Positions 1 to 12,118 of a DNA stretch of 64,000 bases are shown here, piece by piece. The stretch's first letter is position 1; each line of letters starts with the position of its first letter. Source of the stretch: Eledone cirrhosa. Taxonomy: Eukaryota. The translations under genes were made by a program, and so were the position numbers. The notes beneath the pieces are model-generated. The model was not told where the DNA came from and searched no databases. It saw only the letters and a list, made by a program, of their open reading frames with translations. The stretch is taken from positions 15,314,001-15,378,000 of the forward strand of contig OZ024759.1 in NCBI GenBank assembly GCA_964016885.1, given 5' to 3'.

Positions 1-808
1 GGCCTCGTTTGTGAGACGAACCTTTCCCAGACTCGTCTCACTCACCGAGCTGCAATCCTGGGTCAAGCAAAGACCGAGAAAACTGGGCGCCTGGCACACT
101 GAGTGTGCCCAGGCGCTCACCGCCCTCTGGCAGGCGGATCCGGTTATCAGTGGAGACTCCACCGCAACATTCTATAGAGGGCTGGTACGCAGCAGGTGCG
201 ACGACGCCCTCGGAGAAGCCCTAGACATGGAGGAGGACGAACTGGCCAGCCTTTTCGGTAGGACATTTAGCCCGGGACCTATGGACAACTTCCAGAAGTC
301 TCTGGCCTGGCAGTGCTACCGAGGGGCTTTACCCGTTCGAGAAAGGCTCTACAGACACGGGCGCCCGGGTAGGGACCCCGCCAAAAAGATCTGTCCCAGA
401 TGCGTGTGCGACGAGGAAACCGTTGCACACGCATTAGTACACTGCTCGGGCGTAGCCGATCTGTGGGGCTATGTCGAACAACTGCTGTCAAGGGTGGGAC
501 CGATCCGGTTGACCACCGAGTCTATTGTAATGATCAAGCCGCCTCCCCCCTTCAAAGATGAAGCAGAGGCGGTGTTTCTGTGCGTAATAGCCATGGCGAA
601 AGAGGTTGTATGGTGGACGCGTCTGAAAGGACTGAGGTCGGGCACCTTTCTCTCTGGCCAACAACTGGTCCGTTTCTTCCGATATCATTTCGGAAGAAGG
701 ATCAGGATGGAGAGAGAGGTGCTGCACCCCAGCCGTTTCTATGAAAGATGGGTGAAAGTGGCGAGAATGGCCCGTGTGAATGGGCCTTCACTCTACATCA
801 GACTATAG
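1..808 (+). CDS. C-terminal part of a non-LTR retrotransposon ORF2 (L1/Tx1-like, zf-RVT region); probably begins upstream of the window
   Basis: GC-rich open frame with a CCHC knuckle CPRC-x8-H-x4-C preceded by LAWQCYRGALPV, typical of L1/Tx1 ORF2 C-termini; stop at 808. Confidence 0.85.
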   Translation, partial: ASFVRRTFPRLVSLTELQSWVKQRPRKLGAWHTECAQALTALWQADPVISGDSTATFYRGLVRSRCDDALGEALDMEEDELASLFGRTFSPGPMDNFQKSLAWQCYRGALPVRERLYRHGRPGRDPAKKICPRCVCDEETVAHALVHCSGVADLWGYVEQLLSRVGPIRLTTESIVMIKPPPPFKDEAEAVFLCVIAMAKEVVWWTRLKGLRSGTFLSGQQLVRFFRYHFGRRIRMEREVLHPSRFYERWVKVARMARVNGPSLYIRL

Positions 809-1070
809 GTGAGGAAGATGAAAGACCAAGGGAGCACCCCTTCTCTGTGCTCCTGAGGAGAAGGGTTGCACACTTTTTTCGGGGGTGTGTGCGACCCCCC
901 AAGGCGCCTCCTCTCTATTGAGGATTTTGTTAAAAATTTTATTTTTTGTTATATCTTATTTTATTTTTATATTTTGTTATTGCCTTCTCCTTATTGAGGA
1001 CGCCTTTTTGTGTAAACTCCCCCCTTTGTACTTGTCCCACTTTTGATGCCCTAGTGGCAAATAAAAGAAA
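809..1070 (+). mobile_element. LINE 3' UTR with stem-loops and a polyA signal
   Basis: Stems GGAGCAC(831)/GTGCTCC(847) and GGGTTGCACAC(863)/GTGTGCGACCC(887); AATAAA at ~1060; then a TC-rich tract. Confidence 0.7.
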
Positions 1071-1520
1071 TATATCTATCTCTCTTTCTTCTCCCTCTCT
1101 CTATTCACTTCTCTCTCTCTGTTCCCCCATCTATCAATCTCGCCCTCTTTTCCTCTCTGTCTCACTCTCCTCCTCCCCTCTATCTATCTTCCCCTTCCCT
1201 CTATCTCTTCTTTTTCCCAGTGTTCTCTATCTCTCTTCCCCCCTCTATATGTCTCTCTCTTAATACCTCTCTTCTCTCCTCCTCACTACCCCATCCCTCT
1301 CTAACACCATCTATTTGTCTCCCTCTCTTAATCCGTCTCTCTCTCTCTCTTAATCCCTCTCTTCTCTCCCCATCAATCACTTTCTCCCTTCATCTCTATT
1401 CCTGTCTATCTATCTCCCTCTCTTCCATTTATCTCTCTCGCTTCTCCCTCTCTTCACTCACCCTCCCTCTGTACCAATGTCTATCTATCTACCTCTCTTC
1501 CCTATGAAGCTCTCCCTCTT
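1071..1520. repeat. Degenerate (TC)n polypyrimidine tract
   Basis: Base composition. Confidence 0.9.
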
Positions 1521-2220
1521 ATTCTCGATATACTGTTTCAGTGATCATCTTAATCTTTACTTCTAACAAGTTTTATTGATTTTCCCATCTATTTCAATTA
1601 GTTTATTATGTCTCCCATTAACTATTTTAGAATACTACTAGCAGAAAAACCGTCCTCAGGGCGGGTTTCTGAAATGTGTGTATATGTGAGTATACAGAGT
1701 ATGTTATACAAATGTATGTAAAATAAAAACAGTACTCCTGTCAAGCAATATATATGAACTTTCACCAAGATATTTCGTATTGCAGTTATTGAATTTAATA
1801 CGACGACATATTTCATTTTGCGGTATATTTGTTTATTATTAAAGTTGGATATATATATAACGCGCACTCCTAGTTCAGTCAGGATACGAGAAACTTAACA
1901 TCCTTTATGTAAAGTGGACAGTAAATCACTTATGGAGCCGCAGAAACCCCAACACTTGACTTTACCATCATTCCAGGGGTCCGGTGAGTATAAAACATTT
2001 ATGCTTTCATATATTTTTATATCTGTATATCTGTTTGACCCAAAATAGGAGATCGAATCTTCGCTGTGTGGATAATTAGTTTAACCACCATCTCAGTGCA
2101 TTTGGCCTTTAACATAAGTTGTAAGCTCTAATTCTTTTGAATTATTGAGCGCTTGCCTCACAATTCGAAAGTGTTTTTTCGTTATTTCATCGGCTGCAAT
2201 TCGATTCTCGCTAATTTTTA

Positions 2221-2250
<30 letters not shown>

Positions 2251-2253
<3 letters not shown>

Positions 2254-2578
2254 GATATATTAACGAATAGAAACTATATTTATAAAACCATATCTATAAA
2301 ACCAACTATCCGGGAGCTTCCAACAGAAATGGTCGCATTATTTAAGGGTATGTCAATATTTATTTATAAAACTGATCTATATTATATTTTATCTGATGAA
2401 AGCGCACCATAATTTGACTTGGTGTCCTTGAAATATGTATAATGAAATAAATATGGTTTTATAAATATAGTTTCCATTTGTTAATATATCGTATTTTTAC
2501 TCCAATAATTTGTAGAGTGCTTTAAATCAGTTATAAGAATATTTGCTTGTTGTATCCCAACAATTTAATTAGAACTTC
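2251..2578 (+). mobile_element. PLE-like HHR island, family A, with inverted arms
   Basis: Inverted repeat 2251-2293/2451-2493; TATTTTAT-CTGATGA(2393)-stem II-GAAA(2430)-TATGTA-TA-ATGAAATA; flanked by (TA)n. Confidence 0.75.
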
Positions 2579-2634
<56 letters not shown>

Positions 2635-2637
<3 letters not shown>

Positions 2638-2803
2638 CAAAAGAATTGTGGTGAGGAACCAGATGGACCATAACGCACCAGAGTATTCAATACTTAGAGT
2701 AGTAGAGTGGGAAATAGGAAAAAGTATGACTCAGACGGCTATTTCTGGACTAAAAATACCCGTCGAAACGGCTTGAGCTCTGCCCTCGGGGTCATACTTT
2801 TTC

Positions 2804-2808
<5 letters not shown>
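2635..2808 (+). mobile_element. PLE-like island, family B (partial HHR)
   Basis: Similar to 4712-4905 and 24997-25330 (GGACCATAACGCACC...CGAAACGGCTTGAGCTC); between (TA)n tracts. Confidence 0.7.
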
Positions 2809-2880
<72 letters not shown>

Positions 2881-2966
2881 CATACATGCATACATATAAA
2901 CACATGATGGCTGACGCCTCCCTCCGTATGGAATTGCACGAAAAAAAAAGTATAATAATAACGACA

Positions 2967-3113
2967 ATAATTGTTTCTACTATTGGCACAAGGCCAGCAA
3001 TAAACCAGTGCATTACTGGTACTTTATTTTATCGACCTCGTAAGGATGAAAGGCAAAGTTAACCACGGCGGGATTTCAACTCAGAATGGCAAGAGCCGTA
3101 ACTCTCTGCGTCA
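2967..3113 (-). mobile_element. tRNA-derived SINE (Nin/Deu-domain type), partial
   Basis: Minus strand GAGTTGAAATCCCGCC (B-box-like) plus GCCTTTCATCCTTACGAGGTCGATAAAATAAAGTACCAG core; many copies in the window. Confidence 0.85.
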
Positions 3114-3149
3114 AATAATAACGACAATAATAATAACAGCAATAATAAT

Positions 3150-3596
3150 ATTATATATAGACATATATACATACATATACATACATATATATATGAATAC
3201 ATACATATATATATATATATAAATATATACATACATATATATATATATACATACATACATATATATATATAGATATATACATACATGTATATATATATAT
3301 ATACATACATACATATATACATATAGATATATACATACATGTATATATATATATATATACATACATACATATATACATATAGATATATACATACATGTAT
3401 ATATATATATATATACATACATACATATATACATAGGTGTATATATATACATACATACATATATACATATGTGTATATACATACATACATACATACATAT
3501 ATATTTATATACATATATATACATAATGTATATATATATACATACATATATATACATATATATATACATATATATACATACATACATATATACATA
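3150..3596. repeat. (TA)/(TACA) microsatellite
   Basis: Sequence composition. Confidence 0.95.
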
Positions 3597-4080
3597 TGGT
3601 GGCTGCCAACTCGTTTTCGAGTACGGCCACTACTTTATATCCATGTAGGAGAACCCCTACCGATGGGCTGAACGAGTGTGACTTTTTAGTCCAGCCAGCG
3701 ACTTGAAAACTCTGGTACAAACACTACACTTGTGACAATTATTGACACATAGTGCTGGGCCCTTGGTACCATGTGACGACAAGTGCAGAGAGATCTACAG
3801 ATATAAAGCAATGCCTGTGCCGTGAAGCTTTTATAGTGAGCAAAGGCTCTGCACAAAGCCAGTCCCACTCTCTTAACCAAGATGATATTTACCAAAAAGA
3901 AGAACAAGTCAACATCATTGGATACCATCAGAGTTGCAGGTGTTATATCAGAGTTTTCCTTCTTCTAGAATTCTGCCTATATATATATGTGTGTGTACAT
4001 GTATATATATATATATATATACATATATATAAATATATATATATACATATATATATATATACATACATATACACATATAC

Positions 4081-4420
4081 AATGATATTAAATAAATGGA
4101 AACTGTATTTATAAAACCATATTTATTCTATTATATATATTTCAAGGGTACAAAAAACTTTGGTACTCTTTCATCAGATAAAATACAAAGTGTGTTTTAT
4201 AAATTCCTTGGCTTTGTATTTTATCTGATGAAAGCGTACCAAAGTTTTCGGTACCCTTGAAATATATATAATAGAATAAATATGGTTTTATAAATACAGT
4301 TTCCATTTATTTAATATCATTGAATATTATACTCCAGAAAACTTGTCGAGTGCTCTGAATCAGTTATAAACATTTATATTTGTTCAATTACCAACAAATT
4401 GAATATCCCTTCTGCTAAAA
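4081..4420 (+). mobile_element. PLE-like fold-back island, family A (110-bp arms plus 3' tail)
   Basis: Inverted repeat 4081-4190/4212-4321 with a 21-nt loop; unpaired tail to ~4420; TA flanks. Confidence 0.8.
4217..4278 (+). ncRNA. Minimal type I hammerhead ribozyme motif
   Basis: Stem I TATTTTAT/ATAGAATA; CTGATGA 4225-4231; stem II AAGcGTACC/GGTACcCTT; GAAA 4259; palindromic stem III ATATATAT; predicted cut after A4270. Confidence 0.75.
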
Positions 4421-4559
4421 CATATATATATAAATATATATATATATATACATATATACATACATACAGATATATATATATATACATACATATATATACA
4501 TATACACACACATATATATACATATATACACACATATATATACATATATACATACACAT

Positions 4560-4590
<31 letters not shown>

Positions 4591-4665
4591 CACTTATATA
4601 TATACAAATATACATACACATACACACATATATATACATATATACATATATATACATATATACAT

Positions 4666-5020
<355 letters not shown>

Positions 5021-5239
5021 TATATGTTGTAACCTTGGTTTACTTTTGGTTCACCAACTTGAGCACTCGATGTGTAGGTGAGTCCGTTTAATTACAGTAT
5101 GTAATGTTATACATTTGGTGTTAAACCATGGCCCGTTTCCTCAATAAGCAAAGTGTATTATTAATGATAAGTAAGAACGTGGTGTCTGAGAATCATCATT
5201 CAATTTAATGTCGAGTCTCTGACTTTTCGTGCCTCTTTA

Positions 5240-5508
5240 TCTATACATCTAAAACAGAGAATGTATGTCTGTCTGTGTCTGACTCCATAGAACTCGAGAA
5301 CCACCCAGCCGATTATTTTCTATCTTTACACATGTAATATCTATGGTCGTGTGAGTGTTTTGAGCAAAACATATTTCAAACTTTCAATGCCCTAGGGACC
5401 GCATTAGGCGCCGAACTTCGCGCCTTTATAACATCTGTCTGTATGTCTGGCTGTCTGCATTCCCACATTATGACATTATCTGTGTGTGTGTGTATATGTA
5501 TATATATA

Positions 5509-5543
<35 letters not shown>

Positions 5544-5658
5544 TGTCTGTGTAACGTTTTTCGAAATATTTACTTCTGCGTTCACATATTGACTTTTTTA
5601 GTTTCAGAAGATCCCGTTAAGAGTGAAAGCAGCGATTCTTTGATTAAACTTTAATCTG

Positions 5659-5721
<63 letters not shown>

Positions 5722-6249
5722 TATATTCGTGTACAGATATTTTTGCATACACAAAAACAAAATATAAACAGCAGCAAAAACAACAAAAAATAGAGGGAAC
5801 GCAATTACATGCTTTAGAAAAATCGTAATGGAAAATGATTTGCCTATTCACCCAAGGCGACTTCACTTTTCGTTAGGACTTCTGCATCAATTGGTGAACA
5901 TACGATAAAACATTGAAAGGAGTAAGACAACACCACTCTCCACCACTGCAGTCCTACATGCTTACTGCTCTGTAACTATTGCTTTCGTTGTACCATAGCA
6001 CAACAAATACATGTTCGGTTTGTCGAATGCCTTCTTACTTAACCCTATCGTCTTGGCTTTCGTGGGTTGAACATTTTACTCTCAAGTAAACCCCTAGTAA
6101 TATAGAATGAATTTTTTTTTAAAAGCACAAAATGTAGACACCATCCCGAGGCAGAGGTATTCCGTACTTCTCTGTACTGTTTGCGAAAGGAGAGATAAAC
6201 ATGCCAATCTATGTTTAGACGCTCGAGCAACGCCGGGCCATTCTGCTAG
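5240..6249 (+). mobile_element. Probable non-autonomous Helitron with nested repeats
   Basis: A|TCTATAC 5' end; 3' hairpin CTCGAGCAACGCCGGG followed by CTAG|T; linkage of the two ends is inferred. Confidence 0.55.
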
Positions 6250-6782
6250 TATATATATATATATCCTAAAATGTTATAGTTTGCTTGAAGAATTGTTATA
6301 TATAATATATAATGTTGAAAGAGAAAGAAGGCTAAACAATGCAAAATGGACTGTAACATGAGGTAATATAGGAAGTAAGTTACCTGGTCATCTTTGTTTT
6401 GTTTTTTTGTTATTGTTGTTCTTTTTTCTGTTCAATATTTCGCGACCTAAAAGTCCCTTTGTATGGTTTAAGGAACATTATCCACTGAAAGTTCTTAAAC
6501 CATGAAGTCCATAAACCAACAGTCGATTTTGCATTGTTTATACTTTTATCTCTTTCAATATTATATATAGTAGAAAAAGTGTTAGCGTTTCAGACGCGAG
6601 CGTTTCAGCAGACGAGAAATGTATATGTTAAGTATTTCCGTAGAAAAGGCAAAGGAAAGATAAGTGTTCTATGTATGGTACAGACCTATTTAATTACATA
6701 ATAACCAACACAATTTAATTATACTATTACCAAAGTTTTCAGCAAACTAGATAATCCTTAATAAATATATATACATATATAT

Positions 6783-7010
6783 AGTAATAATAATAAATGT
6801 GAAGACTAAAATCCAAAGAGAGCTCGATAAGGATAATTATATATCAAATATATAAGAACCCTAGAGCAAATATTTATTAAAATAACAGATTAAAGTTTAA
6901 GCAAAAAATCGCTGCTTTCACCCTTAACGGGATCTTCAGAAGATCCCGTTAAGGGTGAAAGCTGCGGTTCTTTGCTTAAACTTTAATCTGTTATTTTAAT
7001 AAATAAATAT
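6783..7010. mobile_element. PLE-like fold-back island, family C
   Basis: Palindrome centred at 6938; minus strand CTGAAGA-TCCC-GTTAA-GGGT-GAAA; relatives at 5604, 12045, 23695, 24260 and 56338. Confidence 0.75.
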
Positions 7011-7114
7011 ATATATATCGACAGTCGAGCGAGAATATCCCATACCTTGTCAAATCGAACCAAGGAAACAATACTTCCATTGCTCTTTCCAATTCCTAAT
7101 ACTTGTCCAGAAAG

Positions 7115-7218
7115 AAGGAGCAAGGTGAAATAAAGTGTCTTGCTCAAATACATAACGCATCACCCGGTCCATGAATCGAACTCGGAACCTCACGAATCTA
7201 ATTCTCTTACCACTCAGT
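7115..7218 (-). mobile_element. tRNA-derived SINE family 2, fragment
   Basis: GTGAAATAAAGTGTCTTGCTCAA...ATCGAACTC (reverse B-box), shared with 15520, 17595 and 53015. Confidence 0.7.
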
Positions 7219-7251
7219 CAAATATATATATATAGAGAGAGAGAGAAGAAG

Positions 7252-7420
7252 AGAAAAGCTTCTACAGGACTAGAACTGTTTCGTTCGTGAGAAATCATCA
7301 GGAATGAGACAGTTCTAGTCCTGTAGAAGCTTTTCTATATTAAAACATTTATACTCTGCTATGTATTGAGTACCTTACGTACTGTGGTTATCACCGATTC
7401 GACCCGGAATAACTTATCTA
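7252..7420. mobile_element. PLE-like island, family D, with HHR and inverted arms
   Basis: Inverted repeat 7252-7280/7308-7336; minus strand CTGATGA (7295-7301)...GAAA CAG..CTG TA. Confidence 0.7.
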
Positions 7421-7579
7421 TTTCTCTCTCTCTCTCTCTCGAGAGAGAGAGAGAGAGAGAGAGTGAGAGAGAGAGAGAGAAGTTATTCCGGGTCGAATGG
7501 CTTTTTGCTACAATATTTTCTATGCTTTTCATTTATATATATAGATAGATAAGTTATTCCGGGTTGAATCGGGGACAAC

Positions 7580-7612
<33 letters not shown>

Positions 7613-7732
7613 TACGCTTCCCACCTTAACGTATAATTTCCTGAATATTATTGCCATTATATATTTGTAGGAAATACTCAAATGATCTCTCTCTCTCTCT
7701 CTTTCTCAATAGATCTTTTAAATTTGAATTAT

Positions 7733-7819
<87 letters not shown>

Positions 7820-8672
7820 GTGGCAGATAGTGTATTGCATAGAAACATGTAGATTAAATTGTTTGGTCACGGTGCGACGATGTTAATCTGAACTTGCAGA
7901 GATGAAATTTGATTTCTTGCTTAAACCTATTACTAATTCCTATGTTACATCCCATGACAGACGCCAGCACAGCAAGGCGCTATTTTCCACACATTCACAC
8001 ACACATACAGAATTTTACATTTATCATAATAGTTATTAATTTTTCCTCTAAGTTGATAATGCATTTCTCTTTTATATTAATCAACCACTTTCGTTATATT
8101 AGCCCAAAGCATTCTCACCTCATTTAAATTTACTTCGTTCTTTAACTTACTTTATATTTTAAACTTATTTCCTTATATATTTCATATATACACCCCGTTT
8201 TTTAATTCATTAATCTAATCATCTAAACGGCCTCTTCAACGCAATGTATATATTTTCTTTTATAATCAAATATCTTTAATTTTATCCTTACTTGTATAAT
8301 TCTATCATAAACTATATTTACGCCCTTTCGGGGGAAAATTACCAACGATTTCCAAATCAGTCAATTACTTGCCTTACCAATTTTTCTGATTTATATGACA
8401 TTTGGAGTTAGGGTCCATAACGATCCCTAATTCTTCGGTATATTACAATTATTATTTCCCAAGGTAATCCGACTAATATTACCAGTTCATAATTATCGGG
8501 TATGTAACTTCATTTATTTTAATCAAATGAAATTATTATCAAATACTACACTTACAGCCAAACATAAACATTCACCAACTTTGCTCTCAATCTAATAACG
8601 GCCTATATTCGTCGCTGATGGATGTTAATATTTAAATTAATTTTTCATTATTACACCTCTCTCCAAGGTTGT

Positions 8673-8776
8673 TGATTGGCAGTATTGGCAGAGCGTTTTG
8701 AGTTCAAATGCCAACTAGGCTAGCTTTGCCCTTCATCCTTACGAGGTTGATAAAATAAAGTACCTGTAACGCATTG
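8673..8776 (+). mobile_element. Nin-type SINE 5' part, interrupted by an RTE LINE (3' part resumes at 10022-10100)
   Basis: TTGGCAGTATTGG A-box-like, GAGTTCAAAT B-box, GCCCTTCATCCTTACGAGG core. Confidence 0.7.
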
Positions 8777-10021
8777 CGTTTCATTGTAGCACGAGCGAAG
8801 TCAGACCTTTATGCTTCATTTCCTGCAACACAAGCTGTGTATCAACCTGGAAGGGGCACCATTGAGTAGATCCTAACTATTGAACAAATCATTGAGAAAT
8901 CAATAGAATTCAATAACTGTGCACATCACCTTCATTGACTTTACAAAAGCTTTTGACAACCTGAAACTACCCAGCTTGTGGCAACTCTTAAACGTGACCT
9001 CAGGTCACAAAAAATACATCAACCTACTGAATAAAACTTACACCAACTCAACAGCTTATATCAAAACAGATTTGGGAACTACACGCTGTATAGACATCTT
9101 GAAGGGAGTTAAGCAGGGGGATGTACTATCAGCATTTATTTTCTGTATAGATATATTTGCACTTCTCTACTAGACTGAAGAAGAATGCTCCTCTGGCTAT
9201 CAAATAGGAGGTAAAATCCTAGCAAATCTTAGCTATGCAGACGATCTGGCCATCATAAACTCTAGAACTGATCTGCAAGATTTTCTGAATGCACTGGCCA
9301 ATTATTCGCTGGAGGCTGGCTTACACATCAACATCTCCAAAACAAAGTGTATGACATCTGATAAAAACAATGCCAATCTCCAACTCACAAATTGCTCAAG
9401 TTATGGAGTTTTGTATATCTCGCTCACAAACTATCATCATAACAACAATGGAATGCTTGCTGCGCAGTATCGAACGCTCTAGGTTGGGCAGTTTTCAACA
9501 AGAACAAGGAAGTACTAACATCAAAACTAGTTTCCTATCACTTGAAGTCTAATATCTTCGATACTTACATCCTACCATTTGTGTTATGTGTTCTTGACTG
9601 TGTTAATTAGACGACAAGGTCACTTCAGAAGTTCTCTGCATTCCAGAACCACATCATGAGACTTATGACTGGCAAGTGGCTCAGCGACCGTATTTGTGTC
9701 AGTGAGCTGCTCAACATTACCATTACGAAACTTAAACCAATTACATCAATTGTCAAGTCAAGAGTACTCAAACTATACGGTCATATAAAAAGGTCAACTC
9801 GTGATGTGAGTAGGTTATGCTTGGAAGAAAGGTTGACTGGTAAGAGAAGCAGAGGCCGGCAGCCAAAACAATGGCTAGATAATGTCAACTTATGGACTGT
9901 ACTTGATCTTTTCTCTTTAAACTCTACTGCTGGTGATCGAACCTTGTGGAGAAAGATATTTTATGTTGATGAGCAGTCTGCAACTGGCGGAGTTTAGCGT
10001 CAATAGTAATAAAGTAAATAA
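8777..10021 (+). pseudogene. 5'-truncated, decayed RTE-like LINE (reverse transcriptase plus C-terminus)
   Basis: Peptides FIDFTKAFD, KGVKQGDVLS, SYADDLA, LYGHIKR and GKRSRGRQPKQWLD, with stops and frameshifts; TSD GTAACGCATTG(8766)/GTAACGTATTG(10022). Confidence 0.88.
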
Positions 10022-10116
10022 GTAACGTATTGGGATAGATTTAATCGATTTACTCTCCCGAAAAATTGTTAGCCTTGTGCCTAAATAAGAAACTATTATT
10101 GCGAAGGTAAGATCGG

Positions 10117-10353
10117 GGGATTGGTAGTATCGTTAGAGCGTCGGACACCATGATTTGTAACATATAGTTACATCCCTTTACATTCTGAGTTCAAATTTCG
10201 TCGAGATTAACTTTGCCTCTCATCCTTACTGTGTCGATAAAATACAGTACCAGTACATTTCATGTTTGCGGGGTCGATAAAGTAGTACTGTAATATACTG
10301 TGGTCGATTTAATCGACTTTTCCTAGCATTGTGCCTAAATCAGAAACCATTAT
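10117..10353 (+). mobile_element. Nin-type SINE
   Basis: A-box-like head, GAGTTCAAAT, core, ATT tail. Confidence 0.8.
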
Positions 10354-10354
10354 T

Positions 10355-10585
10355 ATTAAATCTATCCCAATGCGTTACATATTTACTTTATTACTATTGA
10401 CGCTAAACTCCGCCATTTGCAGATTGCTCATCAATATAAAATATCTTTCTCCACAAGGTTCGATCACCAGCCGCAGAGTTTAAAGAGAAAAGATCAAGTC
10501 CAGTCCATAAGTTGACATTATCTAGCCATTGTTTTGGCTGCCGGCCTCTGCTTTTCTTACCAGCCAACCTTCCTTCCAGGCATAT
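10355..10585 (-). repeat. Inverted duplicate of the RTE 3' end (9816-10045)
   Basis: Reverse-complement match with scattered substitutions. Confidence 0.85.
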
Positions 10586-10837
10586 ATAATTGTTTCTACT
10601 TTTGGACCAAGTCCAGCAATTAACCAGTGTATTACTGGTACTTTATTTTATCGATTCCGTAAGGATGAAAGGCAAAGTTAACCCTGGTGGGATTAAAGTT
10701 AACCCAGTGTTAATTGGACGACAAGGTCACTTCAGAGCAAAAATCAAGTCCAGTCAAATAAGTTGACATTATCAGGCCATCGTTTTGGTTGCCGGCCTCT
10801 GCTTCTCTTACCAGCCAACCTTCCTTCCAATAATATA

Positions 10838-11035
10838 TGGTGAATTGGCAGTATCGGTAGAGGGTCCGACGCCATACTTTGACGCATAGATTTACGCCCC
10901 TTGCCATTCTGAGTTCAAATCCCGCCGAGGTTAACTTTGCCTTTCATCCTTATGGGGTCGATAAAATAAAGAAGCAGTAATACACTGGGTAATTGCTAGC
11001 CTTGTGCCAACAGTAGAAACAATTATTATTATTAT

Positions 11036-11066
<31 letters not shown>
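10838..11066 (+). mobile_element. Full-length Nin-type SINE with (ATT)n/(AGT)n tail
   Basis: TTGGCAGTATCGGTAG, GAGTTCAAATCC, core, simple-repeat tail. Confidence 0.9.
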
Positions 11067-11073
<7 letters not shown>

Positions 11074-11382
11074 TTCAGGAAGCGTATATCTAAAAATACT
11101 ATGTTATTAAAAGTGTCATCAATTTTTAAGATGGTGTGGTATGTTGTAATGAAACTATAGAAAAGCAGGAAAAAAAAATTAAGAAATTATTTCAACATGC
11201 TGATTACATTCATACAGAAGGAGAGGGATAGGAGGAGAGAGAGGAAAAATTTGAGACGTTTTGTTATGTTTTAATTTTTGTATTGTTGTTGTTGCTGATA
11301 CGTGGTTTAAAATGAATTATACATTTCGAAGGGGGAAATATCTGGAACATAATATTACATTAATTAGAATACTTGAAAATAA

Positions 11383-11477
11383 AGAAGAAGAAGAAGAAGA
11401 AGAAGAAGAAGAAGAAGAAGAAGAAGAAGAAGAAGAAGAAGAAGAAGAAGAAGAAGAAGAAAAAGAAGAAGAAGAAA
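11383..11477. repeat. (GAA)n microsatellite
   Basis: Near-perfect repeat. Confidence 0.97.
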
Positions 11478-12118
11478 TACACAGAGAGAAATAGTTATAT
11501 AACAAACATACAAACAAGTAATGTGTATTGAAACAGATATTCTAATACTTTGACAGGGTCATTTTGCCAATAAAACCACACTCACATACGTAATTCACTT
11601 CAACTTATTATATAAACGCATTCAGTTTCAGTTATTAAACTAACTGCCTGGGAAATTATAATAAATTGAAATGAAAATTATCAGGTGCGTGTGTTATTAT
11701 CGACAGCATGACTCCCAAAATATAACAATATGTTTCAACACACGTTTTCAGATAATAAATCTTGCAAAACAAATACAAAAACGATGTGTATATATATATA
11801 TATTTATATATATATATATAAAGATTCAGCGAGAATCGCATTTGGGCGGGCAGGAAAAGCGAAGCGAAACGCAAAAATCAGAAATGATACTGGCAAAATG
11901 CTCAATATTTAAAAACCAAACCTAAACAATGTGTTAAGAAGCCATACGAAACTGAAATGGTGTTCAAGAAGGCATTAGCCACCAAAGCCAACCTAAACAG
12001 GTCAAAACAAAATAAATGATAAAAATTAAATGAATATATATATATTTATCCTTATCGAGCCCTCTTTGGATTTTAGTCTTCAAATTTATTATTATTACTA
12101 TATATATATATATATATA

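Noticed and set aside
10838-10930. tRNA genes
   Set aside because: A/B boxes belong to SINE heads followed by core and tail; no cloverleaf
11261-11494. Poly-Glu ORF
   Set aside because: (GAA)n microsatellite with no exon evidence
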